Shown here: positions 53,366 through 64,000 of the stretch, piece by piece
Layout of the letters: every line of letters begins with the position of its first letter
Position numbering within the stretch: the stretch's first letter is position 1
Assembly: GCA_964016885.1 (NCBI GenBank)
Contig: OZ024741.1
Location: forward strand, 156,674,001 to 156,738,000
Length of the DNA stretch: 64,000 nucleotides
From: Eledone cirrhosa
Taxonomy: Eukaryota
Direction of reading: 5' to 3'
Position numbers and translations under genes: made by a program
The notes under the pieces: generated by a model
What the model was told of the DNA's origin: nothing
Database searches by the model: none
What the model saw: the letters and a program-made list of their open reading frames with translations, nothing else

Positions 53366-53757
53366 CTTCTCTTCCTTCTCTTCTCCCCTCTTCCTGTCTT
53401 CCTCCCGCAGACTTATCTTCCTTCCCCCTCTTGCTTGCCTATATCTGACCGGTAGTAGTTGCCTTTCTTCTTTTAGCTGACATTAAACCTGGCTTCTCTT
53501 CTTCTTCTTTCTTCCCCCTTCTTCTCTCTCCTTCCTTTCTTTCTTTCTTTTACCTTGTGTCATGAGATCGACGTTAACTTATGTTCCCATCCCTTTCTGT
53601 TCTCGTTTATCTGACCGGGAGTAGCATACTATAAACTTTAGCCACGTCACTCCAGGGCGACCGGCTGAAGTTGAAGGAACAGAATAGCGGTCGCCCTCGG
53701 GTCCTCGACTTTCAGCCCCATGGATTTTATCTATTACATTCGCGTATTATATTTCGA

Positions 53758-53815
53758 ATACCTGATGATATCACCGGATTCATACGGAACCTGGTCATTG
53801 AAATGATCATAGTAT
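53758..53815 (+). ncRNA. Type I hammerhead ribozyme (family A)
   Basis: Same sequence as 38757-38814. Confidence 0.78.
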
Positions 53816-54053
53816 AATAAACCTTTCAAGGATTTACACAAATCCAGCCTCCTGTCATTTCATTATATTTAACTCCGTAATAGCACCACCAACTACAAAA
53901 ACAAAGACGGTTGAACTGCCTTACGTTGAGTACTCTCTATATTATTGCATTACGATTGACCATACGGAATAGACCAGCTCTATACAGTGGTGAACCTCAA
54001 ACCTGAATAAATATATGTATATATATATATGTATATATATATGCGTATATATC

Positions 54054-54299
<246 letters not shown>

Positions 54300-54314
54300 G
54301 TGTATATATATATG

Positions 54315-54669
<355 letters not shown>

Positions 54670-54673
54670 AATA

Positions 54674-55226
54674 TATAAAATTGAGATGAGCGGAACAAGC
54701 AAACATTAAACAATCGTTTAAATAAATTAAAATACGATTTAAATATTCACCTGTCCAAAATGCTATTACCAACGGTTTTGCTTCACAAAAGATTGGAAAT
54801 CCAGAGAATTTCCAACTGAAAAATCAGCTCTTCACATAGGTATTTCCATTGTATAGGACGTAAAGTCTCACAGTTTGTAAATATATCGCTTACTGCCCGA
54901 TAGTATGAGGTCAGGCCGTTAAAGTGACCCACGCATAAACTGGCTGTTAGTAAAAGCGGGAATATTATAGACGTTTTGTTTGCCACGCCACTAAAAATAA
55001 CAGCAAGGTACAACGTTTTTTTCTCTACACACAGGGAGAATATACATAAAATGAGATTAATATCCCCACAGGTACTAAGTACCTACGGAAATATATAGGG
55101 TGTCTATAATACATTTGTTGTTCAATGGTACTAATTTGAGATACCAGAACTATAAAATTGAGATGAGCGGCACAAGTAAACATTAAACAATCTTTTAAAT
55201 AAATTAAAATACGATTTAAATATTCA
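54674..55226 (-). mobile_element. Retrozyme/PLE-like 1.2-mer of a ~477-bp unit
   Basis: 76-bp direct repeats at 54674 and 55151; degenerate GTGAAGA-gctga tttt tcagt-GAAA core on the - strand at ~54808-54835. Confidence 0.45.
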
Positions 55227-55232
55227 TATATA

Positions 55233-55268
<36 letters not shown>

Positions 55269-55272
<4 letters not shown>

Positions 55273-55840
55273 GACAGGGGGGAAGAAAAAATGGCTTCAC
55301 TTGTGCTTTCAACAAATTTATTTTCTTCACAAAATCCAAAAAGAATTTTTCTTAAAAAAAATTATTTTATGAATTAAGTTGTTGGTTGTTGGTTAGGTCT
55401 TAGGAGTTCTTGGTTAACGTAGGAGGTATTGTTTCGTTTTTAGAAAGACCTTTCACGCTGAGGTGCGCTTGTCAAACTGATGTGTATGTGGTGTGTTGTT
55501 CTATATATAGGGATTTAACATGTCTGTGGTGTGGTAGGGGTTTCAGACATGTTAAATCCCTATATATAGAACAACACACCACATACACATCAGTTTGACA
55601 AGCGCACCTCAGCGTGAAAGGTCTTTCTAAAAACGAAACAATACCTCCTACGTTAACCAAGAACTCCTAAGACCTAACCAACAACCAACAACTTAATTTA
55701 TAAAATAATTTTTTTTAAGAAAAATTCTTTTTGGATTTTGTGAAGAAAATAAATTTGTTGAAAGCACAAGTGAAGCCATTTTTTCTTCCCCCCTGTCTTA
55801 ATATACCTAACTGTACCAAGGATTACACACATTTTCCAAT
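55269..55840 (+). mobile_element. Fold-back (family F): 258-bp near-perfect arms plus 39-bp tail
   Basis: 55269-55526 mirrors 55544-55801; tail runs to (TA)n. Confidence 0.8.
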
Positions 55841-56074
55841 ATATATATATATATATATATATATTTCTTTTCTGAATTTGTTTAGTAAGATTCTTTATCT
55901 GAAAACGTGTGTTAACACCGATATTGTTATACTTTGGGAGGGTCATGTTGCCAATAAGAAACACATACACCAGTTGCTTTTACTTCAATTTATTATAATA
56001 AATTTATAAATTTAGGAATTTATAAATTTCCGGTTGGTTGGTTGGTTCCACAACCAGATGGTTGTTTATATATT

Positions 56075-56117
56075 GTCAAAGTTCTTTCGTCACACATTCT
56101 GTGACCTCTTCAGTGAC
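56075..56117 (-). ncRNA. Minimal hammerhead ribozyme (family D)
   Basis: Mirror of 56597-56640. Confidence 0.65.
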
Positions 56118-56596
56118 TGGGGATTCTTTTCTTTGTTTTTATGCCTCTCCTTTGTTCTGTCCTACGCCATCTTGTTTCTGTGTGTGTGTTGTGTACTCAG
56201 TCTGCGCATGCGCCACATCCGGGTGTCTGTGTGTGTTTATATTCGTTTATTTATTTGTTTATTTACATGCTACTGGTTGGTTGTTTGTTATATGTGCGTG
56301 TGTGTTTTCATTTTGTCCTTAATTGTAAGTTGTGATGTTGCTGTTCCACTCATGTTTTCTATTTAATTTTGGTTGTAATTCTTTTATGTTTATTGCCTCT
56401 GTGATTTGTCTAAACATTGCAATGTTTAGACAAATCAACCAGTAACATGTAAATAAACAAATAAATAGACGAATATAAACACACACAGACACCCGGATGT
56501 GGCGCATGCGCAGACTGAGCACTCAACACACACACAGAAACAAGATGGCGTAGGACAGAACAAAGGAGAGGCACAAAAACAAAGAAAAGAATCCCC

Positions 56597-56640
56597 AGTC
56601 ACTGAAGAGGTCACAGAATGTGTGACGAAAGAACTTTGAC
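56597..56640 (+). ncRNA. Minimal hammerhead ribozyme (family D)
   Basis: gtca-CTGAAGA-g gtcac agaatgt gtgac-GAAA-gaac-TT-tgac. Confidence 0.65.
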
Positions 56641-56786
56641 AATATATAAACAACCATCTGGTTGTGGAACCAACCAACCAACCGGAAATTTACAAATTCC
56701 TAAATTTATGAATTTATTATAATAAATTGAAGTGAAAGCAACTGGTGCGTGTGTTTCTTATTGGCAACATGACCCTCCCAAAGTAT

Positions 56787-56898
<112 letters not shown>

Positions 56899-57130
56899 AT
56901 ATGCATATATATATATATATATATTTATATATATGTAGATAAATCTACCAAGAGTTTACGGTAGTGTCCAATCCGTATGAAGAACTCAATGTATTCCGGA
57001 TATCATGGAAAGAAGAGATGTAATGAAAAATCACTTTCGGTGAAAGATAAACGGTATACAGAGTCAAGATAAAATATTAAACAAATAATGAATAAACAAT
57101 GAAACAGTTCCTTATATTAAACAAAAAAAG

Positions 57131-57284
57131 TTCATTATTTAACGATCGTTTCTAGGATATATATGTGTTAGAATTGGCATGCATATTCAACAGATCTATG
57201 TACAAAATTATACAAAATTATACAAACTATCAAGATTAAATATACATACCAACACATATATACGCCGTCTTCAGAAATAATGAA
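57131..57284 (-). ncRNA. Type I hammerhead ribozyme with ~115-nt expanded stem II
   Basis: ttcattattt-CTGAAGA-[..tatatatgtgtt...aacacatatata..]-GAAA-CGATCG-TT-aaataatgaa; 10-bp stem I and palindromic stem III. Confidence 0.75.
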
Positions 57285-57909
57285 ATATATTTATTGATAA
57301 TAACAACAATTCAAAATTTCAGGTCCGTTTGGGAACAAAATTGACCAATGAAAATACAAAAGGTTTAATGCAGTTCGGTGTGTGTATATACATGTAACTA
57401 CCCTTACACATATTTTACAAAAATGTATGCAAAACCTGTATACGCATACCAAAAGGATGGATGCAAATACAAAATTTCAAGGTTAATGTCTCTGTAAGTT
57501 TATAATGCACAGATAAGATGCGTATAGACACATAAATATGAAATAAGTGTATACACATATTCTCATACTCACAGATATCCGTACAATCACACACACACGC
57601 GCGTATATGCATAAACATACACATAACTACGAACATACAAACACACACACACCCCCACTCACATATATATATATGTGGATAATAAAATCTTAAGCACATG
57701 GATATTAATTCACTCACATAAACACTGGCACACACATTTAGGTCAAGATACAGAAATTAGGTGGGAGGGGGGGAGAGGTCAGTATTCAACGGTTTGGGCA
57801 GACTGCTTAATATAGATGTATCTATAAACTAAGAAAATAAAAAATAATAAATAATAAATAAACATTAAAAAGGAAAGAAAAGAAAAAGAAAAAAGAAAAA
57901 AGAAATATA

Positions 57910-57914
57910 TCAAG

Positions 57915-57962
<48 letters not shown>

Positions 57963-58448
57963 CATACACATATATACACACATATATATATACATACACA
58001 TATACAAACACATACATACATATACACACATCCACACTTAGAACATACATATACACACATATATAAACATATACATATACACACATACATACATATACAC
58101 ACATACATATAAATACACATATATATATATATAAATATACACATACATACACATATAATCACACATACTATATAGACACACATATATATACACACATACA
58201 CGCACATATACATACACTTACATACTTATATACATACAGATATACACATACATACCTATATATACACACAAATACATACAGACATACATACATACATACA
58301 GACAAATACTTACGCATCTATATATCGGTATATACATACAAACACCACTACACTCTCACACAACTCAGACATACAAAGAAAAAGGTATATACCTATACAC
58401 ATATACATATACAAATAGAGAAACATATACATATATATGTATATATAT

Positions 58449-58489
<41 letters not shown>

Positions 58490-59313
58490 CACATATACAC
58501 ACATACACATACATACACATACATACATGTACACACACATAGATATATATACACATACACACATACATACATACATATATAGTCATACACACACATACAC
58601 CTACACGAACATACACATACACATATATAAAGATATATATACACACACATACATACATACACACACACACATATATATAAAAAATAAAGATATATATATA
58701 TATATATATATATACATACATATACATACACACATACATAGACATATATGTACATACATACACATACATAGATACATACACACACATACATACATATATA
58801 TATACACACATAGACATATACATACATACACACACAACATACATACACACATATATACTCATACATAGAATTAGATATATATTCATACATACATACGCAC
58901 TTACATATACTCATATATACAAATACATACGCATCCATATATGCGTATATACATAGAAACACCACTACACCCTCACCCAACTCAGACATACAAAGAAAAA
59001 GGCATATATATATACATATATACACGCATTAATAGAGATATATATACACATATATATATATACATATATATACACATACACTTATATATATATATATACA
59101 CACACACACATACAACCATAAATACACATACAAACACCCACATATACATATATATACACATATATATATATACACACACATAAAAAACAGACATGCACAT
59201 ATATATATTTTTTTTTATTTTTTTTTTTATACACATATATATACACATATATATACATATACACACCCTCACATATACACACATACACATAAGTTATATT
59301 ATAATAATAAATA

Positions 59314-59366
<53 letters not shown>

Positions 59367-59617
59367 CGAATATAGACATATATACACACATAGATATATA
59401 TATATATATATATACACATACACATACACACACACATATACACACTCACATATATATGTGTGTGCACACACACATATATACACATACACACATATACACA
59501 TAAACACATATATGTGCATACATGCACACACACACATATATCCACATAGATACGAAGATAGACATATAAATAGAGAGACATACATATATATACACACACA
59601 CATATACATACATACAT

Positions 59618-59680
<63 letters not shown>

Positions 59681-59860
59681 CACATACACATATATATACA
59701 CATGCATATATACACACATACACATACATACACACATATATATACACACACAATCTTACATTCTTATTTGCATGCGCATATATGTATTTTTATATTCAGA
59801 TATAAATACCCAAACATATATACACCTACCTACATATATATTCATACATACACGCTTACA
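57910..59860. repeat. Compound (CA)/(TA) low-complexity block with a ~620-bp internal duplication
   Basis: caccactacac...aactcagacatacaaagaaaaagg at ~58345 and ~58960. Confidence 0.85.
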
Positions 59861-60987
59861 AACACAGATGATAATAGTATGGGGGAAAGGGGGGGGGTGG
59901 AGAAGGGGATTATAGTAAATATATGTTTCAAGAAACATAGAATATTATCCGTATCTGGATCCAATGTATGTTTTTACATAGTTTCAGTGTTAGGAAATAC
60001 AATAAACAAGAAATAAGGCAAAATTTATGCATTTCAAAATAAATAAGTATACTATTAATTATATGTTAACTAAACTAAAGATAGTTAACATATTGATTTC
60101 TAAGGTGTAAATTAGTTAGGTTTATACTATTTGAAGCAGAATTTTGAAGTTAAATAGTAGTAGAGTATTAATTATAGTATAACTAAATTAAAGTTAAAAC
60201 GTTATGGTATCAATATTAGGAAATGAATTTAGTAATAGGGAAAAAAACAAATAAAGTATTACATCGGTAGTAGAATATAAATTAAAGGTTAACTAAATTA
60301 AAAATTATATATTTATTTCTATAGTATATGTTAATTAGGTATATAATAAATAAAACAGATATTGTATTTTATCAATAGCAGAATATAATTATATGCAAAT
60401 AGAAATCAAAATTAATACATATACATATATATATACATATACATATATATATACATATATATACATATATATATACATATATACACATATACACACACAT
60501 ACACATACACATACACATATACATATACATATTTTTTCAAAAATTGCAAAGAATATATTAACTAGGTATATATCCAAAACACATCCCATTCTATGATTAC
60601 ATGACATTCTGCAATTCGTCTGTATAAGGATACTAATTTTATGCCAATTAAATTAAATTTTTAGGTTGACTAAAATTAAAACCAAATTATAAATATATTT
60701 CTAAAATGTATATTAATTAGGTCTATAATACTAAAAATCATTTCTCTGTCATTGGATACACGATATTTTGTTATATTTTATCTGTAAAAGAATTATAATA
60801 AAAGGTTTAAATAAATTAAAATTAATCTATAAATTAAATTACTAAGTATATATTAGTAATATTTAAAGGTTTTTCACAATTTATGATTACATAATATTTT
60901 ATATTCTCATCTGTAATAGAATTTTAATTAAATTAAATTTATAGGTTAACTAACATTTAAATTAAATTAATTTCTAAAATAATGTTA

Positions 60988-62960
<1,973 letters not shown>

Positions 62961-63252
62961 TATATATGTGTGTGTTTGTGTATGTATGTATACATATATA
63001 TATATATACAGAGAGAGAAAGAGAGAGATTTAGATTGATTGATAGATAGATAGATAGATAGAAGGGGATTTTACCGTGCAAATTCCTAGAAGACACTCAA
63101 AGTGCCGCGGAATGTGATACAACACAGACCCACATGATAGCGAAACGAACTCCATGTCTGCTTTTTTTAGTTATTAGATTTAGTTTTTATATGTATTTAT
63201 TTATTTGTTTGTTCGTGTATTCCTCACGTTTTCTCAGATTTGTTGACGTAGA

Positions 63253-63350
63253 CGGTAGATTGACAGTCGTTAGAATGTCGGATTAAATGCTTCTGTATTT
63301 GTTCCTGCTCTCTGCGTATCACTCTAAGTTCAAATCCCGCAATTTAAACT
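63253..63350 (+). mobile_element. SINE head fragment
   Basis: ggtagattgacagtcgttag...agttcaaatcccgc. Confidence 0.5.
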
Positions 63351-63639
63351 TTGAATATGTGTGGTGCATGTATGTGTACCTGTGTGTATATGTAAGACTG
63401 TTTGTCTGTCCGCATGTGTGTTTATACATATGCATACTATAATAAAGGCGTCCACGCAGTGTCATGTGTACGATTCTAACAGGCCATTGTACCATTAAGC
63501 GTGACACTTTATTTTATATTGTTACAGTCCACTCTACTGTGAAGAAATTAAGTTGTAACCGTAATTCATAGGATCAGCCTTGTGACACCCTGTGTCATGC
63601 AAAATGTCCCCGAGAACTAAGTTGAGAGTGTAGCTTTCT

Positions 63640-63996
63640 ATGGAAGGTTCAGCTTTTGCACGTAAATTTTATGAGTATGCTGATCCGTTGTTTCAATCAA
63701 ATAGAACACTGATCTTCGAGCCCGACGGAGGTCGAACATACATATGCTTTGATACATATATTACAATATTCTCTGAGCCCAAATGTGTTTTTGACAACAA
63801 TATAAGAGTAAAACAAACTAATATTACTTCATCTTCAGCGGCAAGTAGAAATAATTTTGGAAAATCATTATGCGGTTATATGAATCTTGGTGGAAATCTC
63901 GCGAGATTGATGGCAAAGGCCCCAAAATTGAGAATTTTCATGGCTTCTCTTTTAGTATTTCTTGGACTTAAGAATGGATATCATCGGTATACATAA
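63640..63996 (+). pseudogene. Possible piggyBac transposase N-terminal remnant
   Basis: VKQTN (resembles IVEQTN.Y) and LRIFMASLLVFLGL (resembles EMKAF.GLLILMGL). Confidence 0.3.
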
Positions 63997-64000
63997 AAAT

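Larger units (their letters stand above)
44798..54008 (+). mobile_element. PLE family A fold-back copy 2 (inverted arm 44798-47135, main arm 47136-53867 interrupted by an LTR element, tail to 54008)
   Basis: Same termini, hammerheads and tail as copy 1. Confidence 0.85.

Noticed and set aside
55600-55650. Hammerhead in family F
   Set aside because: Only gtgaaagg...cgaaac is present, with no CTGANGA or closing stems.

Overview
AT-rich, microsatellite-saturated eukaryotic DNA. The repeat content resembles a cephalopod/octopus genome (inference). No host gene is supportable, and nearly all unique-looking sequence is transposon-derived. The dominant system is a swarm of Penelope-like retroelements (PLEs) from several families, inserted into (TA)n tracts. 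It includes a 5'-truncated Naiad-type RT+GIY-YIG ORF (60988-62862, -), three further GIY-YIG remnants (one, 42556-42858, missed by the ORF track), about 10 well-formed and several degenerate type I hammerhead ribozymes, many fold-back insertions with an asymmetric 3' tail, and three retrozyme-like 1.2-1.4-mer units. Two Naiad families carry 3-4 kb microsatellite-filled 3' regions that appear to be copied as part of the element. Also present are a compact GC-rich Ty3/Gypsy LTR element nested in a PLE (47523-51660), a Tx1/L1 LINE, two R4-like RLE LINEs in a (CATA)n nest with bipartite RTE-derived elements, an RTE RT fossil, three non-autonomous Helitrons, tRNA-derived SINEs, probable piggyBac fossils, and an inverted repeat with two convergent tRNA-like heads. 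All calls come from reading the sequence by eye; no database search or folding program was run.
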